A stretch of 64,000 nt of DNA from an uncultured Verrucomicrobiota bacterium (GTDB taxonomy: Bacteria; Verrucomicrobiota; Kiritimatiellia; CAIQIC01; Lenti-01): the NCBI GenBank assembly GCA_937860055.1, contig CALMBO010000029.1, forward strand, positions 425,372 to 489,371, in the 5' to 3' direction. This document shows positions 17,590-28,300 of this stretch, in pieces. The first letter of the stretch is position 1. Each line of letters begins with the position of its first letter. Position numbers and translations under genes: made by a program. The notes under the pieces are model-generated. The model was not told the DNA's origin. It saw only the letters and a program-made list of their open reading frames with translations, and did no database searches.

Positions 17590-18756
17590 TCAGAGTTTGA
17601 GGATCACGGCGGTCATGTCGTCCTGGCGGGAATTGCCGGGATCGCTGAAGCGATGGGCTTCGTCCAGCAGGATGCGGATGATCTCCGCGGAAGGCTTCGC
17701 GCGCTCGCGCCTCACGACCGCCAGGGCGCGTTCTTCGCCGAATTCTTCGCCCGTCTTCGAACAGGCTTCCAGGATCCCGTCGGTCAGCAGCAGGACCAGG
17801 TCCCCCTTTTCCAGGGCAACCTGCCCCGGCGACAGGCGCTCCTCCTCCCGGTCGATGCCCAGCGCGGCCGTGTTGGGGGCCATCTCGGCCTTGATGCGTC
17901 CATCGGGTGCGAGCACATGGCCGGCGGGATGCCCGGCATTGATGAACCGCCAGGTGCCGGACGCGGGATCGAGCTCGGCAAACAGCAGGGTGATGAAATG
18001 ATCGTAGCCGAGATCCTCGATCAGCAGGTGGCGGGCCTGCGCCAGGATGTCTTCGAAGTTCGCGCTCGACAGCGCCAGCGCGTGCAGGTAGGCGCGGACA
18101 TCGGCCATGAGCATGGCCGGACCGATGCCGTGGCCGGTCACGTCCCCCACCACGATCAGCAAACGGCCCTTGGGCATCGCGATGAAATCGAAGTAGTCGC
18201 CGCCGGTGGCGGTGGCGGGCCTCGAAGCCCCCGCGATATCGTAGCCGTCCAGCGCCGGTGGACCGGCGGGAAACAGCTGCTGCTGGATTTCGCGCGCGAT
18301 GCGAAATTCCTCCTCCTGCGCGAGAAGGGCGCGTTCGGCCTCGCGCCGGGCCCGCCGCTCCTCCGCATCCTTCAGTTCCCGGTCCACGGCGGCGACCAGG
18401 CGGGTCATGTTCCCCTTCATCAGGTAGTCCTGCGCGCCGGCTTTCATGGCGGCCACCGCCGCTTCCTCGCCGATGGCCCCGGAAACAATGAGGAAAGGAA
18501 CGTCGGTGGCGGAGGAACGGACGATCTCCAGCGCCTCCGTGGAGCTGAAGTGCGGCATGTTGTGGTCGGAAAAGATGATGTCCCACTTCTGCTTTTCCAG
18601 CGCATCCGCCAGATCCGCCGCATTGTCCACCCGGCGCGACTCCGGCGCATATCCCCCCTCCTTGAGCTGCTCCAGCAGGAGGAGGGCATCGACTTCGGAA
18701 TCCTCGATGACCAGGGCCTTCAGCGGCCGCCCGCCGGACGGAGCCTCGTTGCTCAT
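17590..18756 (-). CDS. response regulator with PP2C-type serine phosphatase output (REC + SpoIIE/RsbU-like)
   Basis: Start set at the internal MSNEAPSGG, overlapping the upstream stop (ATGA). The REC domain has D-box LVIEDSEVD...IFSDHNMP. The PP2C motifs GGDYFD and GDVTGHG are present. The C-terminus is DDMTAVILKL. Confidence 0.8.
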   Translation of the reverse strand: MSNEAPSGGRPLKALVIEDSEVDALLLLEQLKEGGYAPESRRVDNAADLADALEKQKWDIIFSDHNMPHFSSTEALEIVRSSATDVPFLIVSGAIGEEAAVAAMKAGAQDYLMKGNMTRLVAAVDRELKDAEERRARREAERALLAQEEEFRIAREIQQQLFPAGPPALDGYDIAGASRPATATGGDYFDFIAMPKGRLLIVVGDVTGHGIGPAMLMADVRAYLHALALSSANFEDILAQARHLLIEDLGYDHFITLLFAELDPASGTWRFINAGHPAGHVLAPDGRIKAEMAPNTAALGIDREEERLSPGQVALEKGDLVLLLTDGILEACSKTGEEFGEERALAVVRRERAKPSAEIIRILLDEAHRFSDPGNSRQDDMTAVILKL

Positions 18757-20330
18757 GCTGCCGGCCCTTTCGGCGGTTCCTGCCCCAGGGCGGGCAGATA
18801 GATGGTGAAGGTGGAGCCTCTCCCCTCCTGGGTTTCCACGTCGACCCATCCGCCATGCTGCTGCACGATGCCATATACCGTGGACAGGCCCAGGCCGGTG
18901 CCCTTTCCTTTTTCCTTCGTTGTGAAGAATGGCTCGAACAGGCGCGCCAGGACATCCGGCGGGATGCCGGTGCCCGTGTCTTTCACGGACAGGCAGACGA
19001 AACGGCCGGCGCGCCAGGGCGCCCCGCGCCCGGCGGCCTCCGGTTCCTCCACCTCCCGCTGGCGGGTGGCGATGGCGATCTCCCCTCCCTTCGGCATCGC
19101 ATCCCGCGCATTCACCACCAGGTTCAGGACGACCTGCTCGATCTGGCCCGTATCGCCATGGACCCGCGCCGGGGCGGAATCGAAATCGTATCGGAGCTGG
19201 AAGTTCGCGCCGATGAGCCGTTGCAGCATGCCGCCCATGTTGCCGACCAGTCCGTTCATGTCCAGATCGACGGGGTTCAGCACCTGCTTCCGGCTGAAGG
19301 CGAGAAGCTGGCGGGTCAGCGCGACGGCGCGGTCGGTCGCCTTGCGGATCTCCAGCACATCCGCATGGCGGGGGTCGTCCTCGGGGATTTCGCCTTCCAG
19401 GATCTCGCTGAATCCCATGATGGCCTGCAGGATGTTGTTGAAATCATGGGCCACTCCGCCGGCCAGCTTCCCGATGCTCTCCATCTTCTGCGACTGGAAC
19501 AGCTGCTGCTGGAGCGCGTGCTCGTGGGTGACGTTGCGCACATAGAGGATGACGCCCTTCTGACGGCCCGTGCTCCGTTCCAGCAGCGGGTAGGAATAGA
19601 CGCTGAATTCCCCCTTGCCTTCCGCCGTTTCCATCGTGCAGACCGATTGCGCCGGACAGCCGTCCCGGAGGGTGGTGGCGGCGATGGAACCATCGCCGCC
19701 CGGACAGAACAGGCTCCCCGGCTTTCCCGCCAGCGGCATCCGGTCCGGAAAGAGCTTCTCCATGGTGGGATTGGTCTGGACGATCTTCAGGTCCGCATCC
19801 AGCACGACGATGCCGTCCTGCACGCTGGAAAAGACGTCCGCGAGGAAATTGCGCTCCTCCGCCAGCCGGGTTTCGGCCTCCCGCCGGCGCCGGGCGCTTT
19901 CCGCGGCCTCAACGGCGCGGCGGACGGCCAGGCCGAGGCGGCGCAGGTGCTCCTTCATGACGTAGTCCGTCGCCCCCAGCCTCACGGCTTCCACCGCGCG
20001 CTCCTCGCCGATGGAGCCCGAGACGAAGATGAAGGGCGTTTCCGGCCCCGCTTCCCGCGTCCGCTTCAGCGCATCCGTCCCGCAATACCGCGGAAGGCTG
20101 TAGTCGGAAATGACCACGTCCACGCCGCCCCTGGCCAGTTCGCGCTCGAAATCCGCCGGCTCCGAAACAACGATAATCTCGCAGTCCATGTTCTCGCTGG
20201 CCAGCATCTCCTGGACGAGTAGGGCATCGACCGGACTGTCCTCCAGATGGAGGATCTTCAGGCGGCGGAGTCGCTCTCCCGGGAGCGGGTCAGGAACCGC
20301 GGTTTCGGGACTGGGCGTGGACTCGTTCAT
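18753..20330 (-). CDS. hybrid sensor histidine kinase (REC-PAS-HisKA-HATPase), cytoplasmic
   Basis: The N-terminal REC has ILHLEDSPVD...VISDYSLP. The H-box is VAHDFNNILQAI. The kinase core has NLVVNARDAM and GTGLGLSTVYGIV motifs. Confidence 0.85.
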   Translation of the reverse strand: MNESTPSPETAVPDPLPGERLRRLKILHLEDSPVDALLVQEMLASENMDCEIIVVSEPADFERELARGGVDVVISDYSLPRYCGTDALKRTREAGPETPFIFVSGSIGEERAVEAVRLGATDYVMKEHLRRLGLAVRRAVEAAESARRRREAETRLAEERNFLADVFSSVQDGIVVLDADLKIVQTNPTMEKLFPDRMPLAGKPGSLFCPGGDGSIAATTLRDGCPAQSVCTMETAEGKGEFSVYSYPLLERSTGRQKGVILYVRNVTHEHALQQQLFQSQKMESIGKLAGGVAHDFNNILQAIMGFSEILEGEIPEDDPRHADVLEIRKATDRAVALTRQLLAFSRKQVLNPVDLDMNGLVGNMGGMLQRLIGANFQLRYDFDSAPARVHGDTGQIEQVVLNLVVNARDAMPKGGEIAIATRQREVEEPEAAGRGAPWRAGRFVCLSVKDTGTGIPPDVLARLFEPFFTTKEKGKGTGLGLSTVYGIVQQHGGWVDVETQEGRGSTFTIYLPALGQEPPKGPAA

Positions 20331-20353
20331 GGATCGGCTCGCTTTCGGTGATC

Positions 20354-20815
20354 TTACTTCGTTTCCGCATCCGGTTTGTTCGGCCTTGGCGACGGTTCGT
20401 TGAGAAAGCCCCAGAAGAGGCCGATCTCGCGCACCGCATGCATGAAATCATCGAAATTCAGCGGCTTGACCACGTAGGCGTTCACGCCGTTTTCGTAGCT
20501 GCGGACCAGATCCGCCTCCTCCCGCGACGAGGTCAGCATCACGACCGGGATCAGGCGCAGGACCGGATCCTTCTTGATGGTGCGCAGCACCTCCAGGCCA
20601 TCCACCTTCGGCATCTTGATGTCCAAGAGGATCACGGTGGGATCCCCCTGCTTGCGGGAGGCGTACTTGCCCCGGCGATAGAGGAAATCGAGTGCCTCCG
20701 CGCCGTCGTTCACCACCTCGACCGGATTGATCATGTGGCTGTCCGCCAGGGCGGCGAGGGTTAGCTCGATATCGTTGGGGTTGTCTTCCGCCAGCAGGAT
20801 GTACTTTCCGCTCAT
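20354..20815 (-). CDS. single-domain response regulator (CheY-like)
   Basis: Carved from the 3' end of the 20354..21697 ORF. The protein is MSGKYILLAEDNPNDIEL...ILLDIKMPKVDGLEVL...VVMLTS (153 aa). A GGAGG RBS precedes the ATG. Confidence 0.8.
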   Translation of the reverse strand: MSGKYILLAEDNPNDIELTLAALADSHMINPVEVVNDGAEALDFLYRRGKYASRKQGDPTVILLDIKMPKVDGLEVLRTIKKDPVLRLIPVVMLTSSREEADLVRSYENGVNAYVVKPLNFDDFMHAVREIGLFWGFLNEPSPRPNKPDAETK

Positions 20816-20829
20816 TCGATATCCTCCTT

Positions 20830-23800
20830 TTATCCTTCCTTCGCCGGCCGGACCGGCAGGCTGAAATAGAACGCTGCGCCCTTGTCCACCTCGCCCTCGG
20901 CCCAGGTGCGGCCGCCATGCCGGCTGACAATGCGGCGCACGTTGGCAAGGCCGATGCCCGTGCCTTCGAATTCCGCCTCCGTGTGGAGCCGCTGGAACAC
21001 GCCGAAAAGCTTGTCCGCGTATTTCATGTCGAAACCGGCGCCGTTGTCGCGCACGCACACGATGATCTCGTCCCCTTCGCGGCGGGCCGAGACCTCGATC
21101 CGGGCTTCGGGCTTCTTGCTGGAATATTTCACCGCGTTGCCCAGCAGGTTGGCCACCACCTGCCGCAGAAGCGCCCGGTCCGCCAGCACCTCCGGGAGCT
21201 CGCCGATCTTCCACTCGATGTTCCGGCCGCGCGTTTCCGGCTCCAGTTCGCGCCGGCATTCCTCCACGATCGCGCCCAGCGGCAGCGTTTCCTCCCGCAT
21301 CTGCGCGCGGCCGGTGCGCGAGAACAGCAGCAGATCGTCGATCAGCGCGGCCATCTTGCCGGTCGCCCCGGCGATCACCTCGAGATAGCGGCGGCCCGTC
21401 TCGTCGAGCTTGTCCTTCGACTTGGACTGCAGCAGCTGGACGAACCCGGAGATGTGGCGCAGCGGCGCGCGCAGGTCGTGCGACACCGAATAGGAAAAGG
21501 CCTCCAGCTCCTTGTTCGCGGCAACCAACGCCTCTTCGCTCTTGATCAGGGACGCCTCCACCGCCCGGCGGTGCCGGATTTCGGAAGCCAGCCGCCGGTT
21601 CCAGTAGAGGAACACCGCCAGCAGGACCAGCGCCCCCGCACCAATCTTGTACACCTTCGAATAGTCGATGTGCTCCTCGTAGGTGACCGTCATCCACCTC
21701 CGGGCGATGGCGTTCCGCTCATCCTCGTCGATGCCCTCCATCAGCTTGTCCAGGATCTCCACGAGGATCTTCCAGTCCTTCCGGCAGGCGAAGGCCGGCT
21801 GGTAGACGAAGGGTGTTTCCCCCGCGACCTTGAGCCGGCTGTGCCCTCCCTGCTGGATGTAGTGGCTGGTGATCAGCAGGGTCCCCACGAAGGCATCCAC
21901 CTGTCCGTTCTCCAGCATGACCAGCACTTCGGGGATGTCCTTGGCTTCCTCCATCTGGATGCCGGGGCACTGGGACTCCAGGAACTCCTTCATCGCATAG
22001 CCCGGCACCGTAGCCACCTTCATGCCCTTCAGCAAGGTCAGTTCCCCGATATAGGGCGTGTCCTTGCGCGTGAAGATCGCCGTCTGCAGCGACAGGTACG
22101 GCGGCGTGAACACGAAATCCATCTTCCGGGCGCTCGCCTTGGTCAGAGAGGTCAGCATGTCCACTTCGCCATCCCGGAGCTTGGCCTGCGCCTGCCGCCA
22201 GCTGGGGATCGGCACGTAGCGGAAATCCACGCCCAGCGCCCTTCCGAACCGGTCCAGATAGTCGCGCGTGATGCCCCGGTAGATTCCCTCCTTGTCCACG
22301 AACTCCACCGGCGCCCAGCGGGGATGGCTGCCGACGCGGATCACCGGATGGCGGTCGATCCACTGCCTCTCCTCCGGCGTCAGCTGGATCCACGACAGGA
22401 AGGCCCCCGGCCGCTCCTGCCCGACCCCGCCCCAGCGCTCGTAGATGGCCTGGATGCCGGCCTGCGGCAGCGAAGCCATCGCCGTGCCCAGGATGGAGGC
22501 CAGCTCCGGCGCGTCCTTGCGCACGCCGATGCTGTTCACCGAGGAGGTCTCCCTCACGATGCCTTGCACCTGCAGGTTGGACAGCATCTCGCGGCTGATG
22601 ATCCAGGACGCCCCCGCCCGGTTCCCCACATAGGCGTCCGCCTTCCCTCCGGATACCGCCACGAGGGCGTCGCGGGTGGAGGGATATTCCACCAGCCGGA
22701 TCGAGGGATGGTTGGAACGGATGTGCGCCGCAACAAAGAAGCCGGCCTCGACCGCCACGGTCCGCTTGTGCAGGCTCTCGAACGAATCGAAATAGGCATC
22801 CCCCTTGCGGCCGACAATCGCATGGGGAAGAACCGCATAAGGCTTGGTGAAGTGGAAGAATTCCTCGCGGTCCGGTCGAGGCGTGATGTCCATCAGCGCG
22901 TCCAGCCTCCCCGCTTTGCAGTCCTCCATGAGCCGGGGAAACGGCCCCGGCACCACCTCGATCCGGCCGCCCAGCCGTTCGTTCAGCAGCCCGATGAAAT
23001 CCACGCCGAGGCCATGAACGTGACCCGACTCATCCACGAAATCCATCGGGGGCCAATTGTCCATGACGCCCATCCGGATGACGGGATGCGCCGCCAGCCA
23101 CGCCTCCTCCTCCGGCTTCAGCTGGAAATGACTGCCCACCTGGCTGGCCATCTCGAACCACTTCGCCAGAATGGACCGCCCCTGTTTCTGGAGGACCACC
23201 CCCAGCGCCCGGTCCATCAGGCCCGCCACGACAGGCCAATCCTTGCGAATGCCGATGGAGAGGACCACGGTGGGCTTCTCCAGCCGCCCCTGCAGATGCA
23301 GGTTGGTCAGCATCTCCCGTTCGATGAGATACAGCGCCACCGCCCGGTTCCCCGCATAGGCATCGGCCTGGCTGCGCGCGACGGCGTCGAGCGCATCGCT
23401 GGTGGAATCGTACAGGCGGATCCGCACGGACGGGAAGTTCGTCTTGAACCACTGGATGTTTCCGAACCCCTTCTCCAGCGCCACCGTCCGGCCCGCCAGC
23501 GAAGCCGCCGAAGGATAATACCGCGCGTTCCGCCGCCCCACGATCACATGCGGAATGTCGAGATAGGGCTGCGTAAATTGCAGGTATTCCTCGCGGTCCG
23601 GCTTGGGCGTCACATCCATCAGCCCGTCCAGTTCCCGGTCCTTGGCTTTCCGGAGGTTGTTCTCGAAGGTGTCCGCGTGGATCCGGATCACCCCCCCCAG
23701 CAGCTGGTTGATCTCGTTCAGGAAATCCACGCCGACGCCCGCGGGATTGCCGGCGATGTCCTTGAAGTCGAGCGGGGGCCAAGCATCCTGGATGCCGATG

Positions 23801-23979
23801 TGAATCTCCGGGTTCCCGGCCAGCCAGGCCTGCTCCTCGGCCGTCAGCGGGAACGAACCGCTGGGATTGGCGGCGGAAGGTTCCGCCGCCATGGCCGAAC
23901 CAGCCACGCAGGCCAGGCCGGCGGCAAGCCAACAGAGCCTTTTCATTTTCCTCCGAACCCGGACCGGAAAGAGCATCAT
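20830..23979 (-). CDS. sensor histidine kinase with three tandem periplasmic SBP_bac_3 (amino-acid-binding-protein-like) domains
   Basis: 1049 aa. After the signal/TM, the unit ...W.PLDF.D..G...G...D........LG......P......L..G..D.... is repeated three times. A TM helix follows, then the HisKA H-box VSHDLRAPLRHI and the HATPase motifs NLLGNAVKYS and GTGIGLANV. Confidence 0.85.
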   Translation of the reverse strand: MMLFPVRVRRKMKRLCWLAAGLACVAGSAMAAEPSAANPSGSFPLTAEEQAWLAGNPEIHIGIQDAWPPLDFKDIAGNPAGVGVDFLNEINQLLGGVIRIHADTFENNLRKAKDRELDGLMDVTPKPDREEYLQFTQPYLDIPHVIVGRRNARYYPSAASLAGRTVALEKGFGNIQWFKTNFPSVRIRLYDSTSDALDAVARSQADAYAGNRAVALYLIEREMLTNLHLQGRLEKPTVVLSIGIRKDWPVVAGLMDRALGVVLQKQGRSILAKWFEMASQVGSHFQLKPEEEAWLAAHPVIRMGVMDNWPPMDFVDESGHVHGLGVDFIGLLNERLGGRIEVVPGPFPRLMEDCKAGRLDALMDITPRPDREEFFHFTKPYAVLPHAIVGRKGDAYFDSFESLHKRTVAVEAGFFVAAHIRSNHPSIRLVEYPSTRDALVAVSGGKADAYVGNRAGASWIISREMLSNLQVQGIVRETSSVNSIGVRKDAPELASILGTAMASLPQAGIQAIYERWGGVGQERPGAFLSWIQLTPEERQWIDRHPVIRVGSHPRWAPVEFVDKEGIYRGITRDYLDRFGRALGVDFRYVPIPSWRQAQAKLRDGEVDMLTSLTKASARKMDFVFTPPYLSLQTAIFTRKDTPYIGELTLLKGMKVATVPGYAMKEFLESQCPGIQMEEAKDIPEVLVMLENGQVDAFVGTLLITSHYIQQGGHSRLKVAGETPFVYQPAFACRKDWKILVEILDKLMEGIDEDERNAIARRWMTVTYEEHIDYSKVYKIGAGALVLLAVFLYWNRRLASEIRHRRAVEASLIKSEEALVAANKELEAFSYSVSHDLRAPLRHISGFVQLLQSKSKDKLDETGRRYLEVIAGATGKMAALIDDLLLFSRTGRAQMREETLPLGAIVEECRRELEPETRGRNIEWKIGELPEVLADRALLRQVVANLLGNAVKYSSKKPEARIEVSARREGDEIIVCVRDNGAGFDMKYADKLFGVFQRLHTEAEFEGTGIGLANVRRIVSRHGGRTWAEGEVDKGAAFYFSLPVRPAKEG

Positions 23980-24040
23980 GAAAATCTCCTACGGCTCCAA
24001 CGATAGCGTGGTCCAGCGGGAAAGACCAGTCCTTTCGTAG

Positions 24041-24062
24041 TGAAATTTCCTACATAATTTCA
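24041..24062 (-). promoter_or_regulatory. AT-rich 7-bp inverted repeat (TGAAATT-n8-AATTTCA) upstream of the phosphorelay operon
   Basis: An AT-rich stretch in a GC-rich genome, about 60-80 nt upstream of the kinase start. It is a candidate operator or promoter. Confidence 0.25.
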
Positions 24063-24064
24063 TG

Positions 24065-24079
24065 CCCCCCCGGGGGGGG
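24065..24079 (-). terminator. C7G8 palindrome immediately after the nupC stop
   Basis: CCCCCCCGGGGGGGG abuts the stop codon at 24080. It could act as a transcript-end hairpin. Confidence 0.3.
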
Positions 24080-25333
24080 TCAGGGCCTGAGGAGGATGCC
24101 GATGACGACCCCCGTCAGCAACGTGCCGAGGGTGCCGGCCACCATGGCCTTCAGGCCCAGCCCGGCCACGATCTTCTTGTGCTGGGGGCACAGCGCCGTC
24201 AGAGTCCCAGCCAGGATGCCGATGCTGCTGAAGTTCGCGAATCCGCACAGTGAATAGATCGTGATCAGCCGGCTGTGGACCGACATCGCATCCGGCGGCT
24301 GCTTCGCCAGCGCCAGGTAGGCCACGAACTCGTTGAAGACCGTCTTCAGCGCCATCAGCTCGCCCGCCGCCTGCGCCTCGTTCCACGGCACGCCCACCAG
24401 CCACATCGCCGGAGCCATCACCCACCCGAACATCCGCTCCAGTGAAAGGGGCGTGTCGAGGGGAATCAGTCCCAGCGCCTTGTTCACCAGGGAGACCACG
24501 GCGATGATGGCGACCAGCATCACGGCCACGTTCACCATCACCTTCGCGCCGTCGTTCGCCCCCGTGAGCAGCGCATCCACCACGCCATGCGTTCCAGCCT
24601 CCAGCCGGGGCGTCTCGTGGTCCACCTCCCCCGCCTCCGCCGGCACCATCAGGCGCGCCACCATCACCGCCGCCGGCGCGCTGATGATCGACGCCACCAC
24701 CAGGTGGCCCAGGACGATGCCCGGCAGCACCGGCTCGAGGATCGAGGCGTAGACGATCATCAGCGATCCCGAGATCGTCGTCATCCCCGCCGTCATCACG
24801 CACATCAGCCCCGCGCGGCCGAGGTGGCCGACATAGGGCTTGATCAGCAGGGGCGCATCGCTCTGCCCCATGAAGACATTGGCCGCCACCACCACCCCCT
24901 CCGCGCCGCCGAGGCCCATTGTGCGGCGCAGCAGGTGCGCGAAGACGCCGACGATCTTCTGCAGGATGCCGAAATGGAACAGCAGCGAGCTCAGCGCCCC
25001 CACCACGATCAGCATCATCAGCGGACCGAAGAAGAAGAGCGATGGCGCCGCCGCCCCGTCCACGGTCTGGAAGGGCGATGGACCACCCGTCAGGTACCCG
25101 AACACGAACGCGCCGCCTTCGTGGCTCGCGCGCTCGACCGCGCGGACAACCCGGTTCAGCTGGCCCAGCAGGTCCTGGAATACCGGCACCTTCACCATCA
25201 GCAGCGCGAGGAGGAACTGCAGGGCGAGGCCCCACGCCACCCCCTTCCATTCCACCCGGCGGCGGTTCTCGCTGAGCGCCCACGCCAGCGCCAGCAGCAC
25301 CACGATCCCCAGCAATCCGCGCAGAATCCACAT
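24080..25333 (-). CDS. nupC: NupC/CNT family concentrative nucleoside transporter
   Basis: Start set at the internal MWILRGLLGIVVLLALA, because the upstream extension is Arg/Pro-rich junk. The protein is about 417 aa and polytopic (GYLTGGPSPF, ISGSLMIV, GFANFSSIGI). Confidence 0.8.
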   Translation of the reverse strand: MWILRGLLGIVVLLALAWALSENRRRVEWKGVAWGLALQFLLALLMVKVPVFQDLLGQLNRVVRAVERASHEGGAFVFGYLTGGPSPFQTVDGAAAPSLFFFGPLMMLIVVGALSSLLFHFGILQKIVGVFAHLLRRTMGLGGAEGVVVAANVFMGQSDAPLLIKPYVGHLGRAGLMCVMTAGMTTISGSLMIVYASILEPVLPGIVLGHLVVASIISAPAAVMVARLMVPAEAGEVDHETPRLEAGTHGVVDALLTGANDGAKVMVNVAVMLVAIIAVVSLVNKALGLIPLDTPLSLERMFGWVMAPAMWLVGVPWNEAQAAGELMALKTVFNEFVAYLALAKQPPDAMSVHSRLITIYSLCGFANFSSIGILAGTLTALCPQHKKIVAGLGLKAMVAGTLGTLLTGVVIGILLRP

Positions 25334-25361
25334 GGTCCGATCTCCTTGCTTTCCATCCGGG

Positions 25362-28300
25362 CTACGGGAGGCCCACCCAGACGCGGTAGCTGCGCTGCGT
25401 GGCCACCGGCCAGCCGCTGTTGGTCGCCGCGCCGGTGTCGACGAACAGATGCCGGTTCGTGAAGGGCTCCGTGTTGGTCCACGCGCCGTTCGCCTGGAAC
25501 GCGTTCCAGGCCTGCGGGGCATTGCTCAACGCGCCGTCGAGGAACTCGATCCGGTAGGCGCGGTTGGAGGCCGCCGCAACGGCGATCTGCGCCCCGGAAA
25601 CGCTCCGCACATCCGTCATCCGGAAGACGGCTTCTGCGTCCGTCGGATCAAGCCCGGCCACGTACATCTGCCAGACCGCCAGCGTCCCGTTCGAGGCGCT
25701 CTGCATCGCCAGGTCTTCGTAATCCTGCGCGCTGTGCTCGCCCGGATAGTAGCCGTCCAGCCACGCGTAGGGAACCGCCGCCGGCGAATTCGATGTCGCC
25801 GTCGCGGGCGCCGCGACCTCCTCGATCTTCAGGTACTGCACGATCGCGCCGTCGGCATAGATATTGGTGCCGCCGCCATCGGAGGTGAAGCCGACCCAAA
25901 TGCCGTTGGCGTAGAGGTCGGCCCCCGTCTTCGGCGCGGCCCACAACGCCGCCTCCGCATCGCTGGAAGCCAGGTTGCGCACGTTGTAGTAGTTCGTCGC
26001 GGTGTTCGCGAGCCCCAGCAGGCTCCAGCATCCCGCCAGGTCGTAGGTGTCGGAAGCGCCGGAATGATCGCCGTCGTTCACAAACAGCGCAAACGCCAGC
26101 ACCGCGTCCTTCCCGTCCGCCACCGCGCCGGCCCCCTCGTATTTGGCCACGGCGAAGATCTTGCTGTTGTCCCCCCCGCCCGTCCGGCTCAGGAAATACT
26201 GGTTCGCGCTCTGCAGCGCCGGACTGCTGTGCCGCGCCCCGTTCACCCGGCCGTGCCATTGCGCCATCTCGCGCGACGCCGCGTCGTAGGGCGGCTCGCC
26301 CCAGACTCGCAGCTGGTTCCACTTCTTGAAATGCGGGATGTACTTGCCGAAGTTCAGCTCGAAATTGCTGAAGCCCGTCCACTTGTCCGCCGTCCCCGCG
26401 TACGGTCCGATGCCCTGCTCCTGGCCGTAGAACACCATCGGCACGCCCGCCACCGCCGAGACCATCGCGTAGCGCGACGCCGTCACCCAGGGATCGCTCC
26501 ACGGCAGCACCTCGTCATGCCCCGTCAGGTTCAGCAGGATTGCCCCGCCGCCGTACGCCGTGCGCCGGTTCTCCAGCTGCATGCGCAGCGTCCCCGGATC
26601 GCTCACGTGCGCCTGCGTGAATTGGAACACCATGTTCTCGTTCAGGATGTCGAAATGCCGGTTCGAGCGGTAGCCCGGCACGCCGCCGTCCAGCGTCTCC
26701 GCCATGAACATGAAGTTCCACTTCAGGTTCCGCGTGCGGTTGATGATGTATTCCCACAGCTGCGGCGGCAGCCCCTGCCCGAAGTCGCACCGCAGGCCGT
26801 CGATGCCGTAGTCGTCGTAGGCGATGCCCTTGGCGTCCACCTGCCCCGGCCGGTTGGTCAGGCCGTGGCCCGTCTTCTCCAGCCAGTATTCCGGATACCG
26901 CCCGACGTACGTCCACAGGTCGATCGTGTCCTCGCTCATCCCCGCGAAGTCGTACACGTCCTCCTCGTTCAGGTAGTCGCTGTTGTTGTCGGGGTTGTGC
27001 CGCACCAGGCAGGAATAGGCCCCGTAATAGAGCTCCGCCACGTCCGCCCACTTGCCGAAGTCGCCGCGGTCCGGCGCCGTCGCGATGTCGTTGCTCCACG
27101 CCGTGTGGTAGTACGTCGCCGGCGCGCCGTAGTCCTCCCAGTGGGAGTACCACCCCGGCTTGAACCAGCCGATGCGGTCGTCCTTGTTCGTGCAGAAGCC
27201 CAGCTCCACACCCATCTCCCCGAATTCCGCGTCCCACGACGTGTGGTTGAACACGCCGTCGAGCATCACGTTGATCGTGCCGACGTGGTTCGTGCTCCCC
27301 AGCCGGTTCGTGCCCCGGTCGCAGTACGCCACAAAGTTCGTGAACTCCGCCAGCGCCCCCTCCTCCGTCCCCGCCCGGCCGAAGAAATGGTTCACCGAGA
27401 AGTAGTCCCGCGTCGCGTACGGGCTCCCCGGATTGTACCGCGTGGCGGTGTCCGGATCGTTCTCCGACCGGTCGTAGCCCGCCGGATGGATCGGCTGGAA
27501 CCACAGGCAGTTCGCCCGGATCTTGTCGAGATACTCGATGCTGAACTCGTTGAAGGTGTTGAGGTTCGTCGCGTGCTGCGGATCGATCAGGTCGTCGAAC
27601 GTGCTCCGCCCGCTCTCCGTGTTGTTGCTGGCCTTCACCGTCAGCGTGTTCAGCTCGTACATCGTCTGCTGCAGCACCTTCTTCGGCGAGATCACGATGG
27701 CATGGTCGCGGCGGCCCTCGGACGTGTACCAGGTCCAGTTCGTCGTGCCGGCCTGGTTGGTGGTCTGGTAGCGCGCCGTCAAACGGTAGGCCCCGCACTG
27801 CCCCGCATTCGTGCTCCACTCGTACGTCCCCGTCCCGCCGTTGTACGCCATCGGGAACGCCGCGAAATAGGCGCCCGCGTCGTTCGTCGTGACCAGGTTC
27901 CCGTCCGGCGGCCGGATGCCGTCCGGCACCCCGTCCTCGTCCCAGTCCGCGTCCGCCAGGTGCCGGCGCCCCACGTTGCAGAACACTTCCACGTTCACCG
28001 ACCCCGCCGGCGGCGTATAGCTCACCGTGATCGCCGCGGTCTCGCTCTCCGCTTCGTCGAGGAAGAACTTCGTCGTCGTGTAGTCCGCGTTCTGGCCGTT
28101 GACCGTCAGCGCGCCCGAGCCACCCGTGTACATGCGGTATTCGAAGATCTCGTCCGCCGCCCCGTCGGTCTGGTACTCCGCCTTCCGCACCACCCCGTTG
28201 CCGCCGTTCGTCGCCGAATTCCACGCGGCGACCTGGTACTGCACCAGCGCCTCCAGGTTCGTCAGTTCGTCGTCCTGGATCGTGGCCACCCACCACATCG

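Noticed and set aside
24060-25331. 423-aa ORF (MDSARIAGDRG...) overlapping nupC in another frame.
   Set aside because: The composition is Gly/Arg/Asp junk. The NupC frame gives a coherent polytopic transporter.
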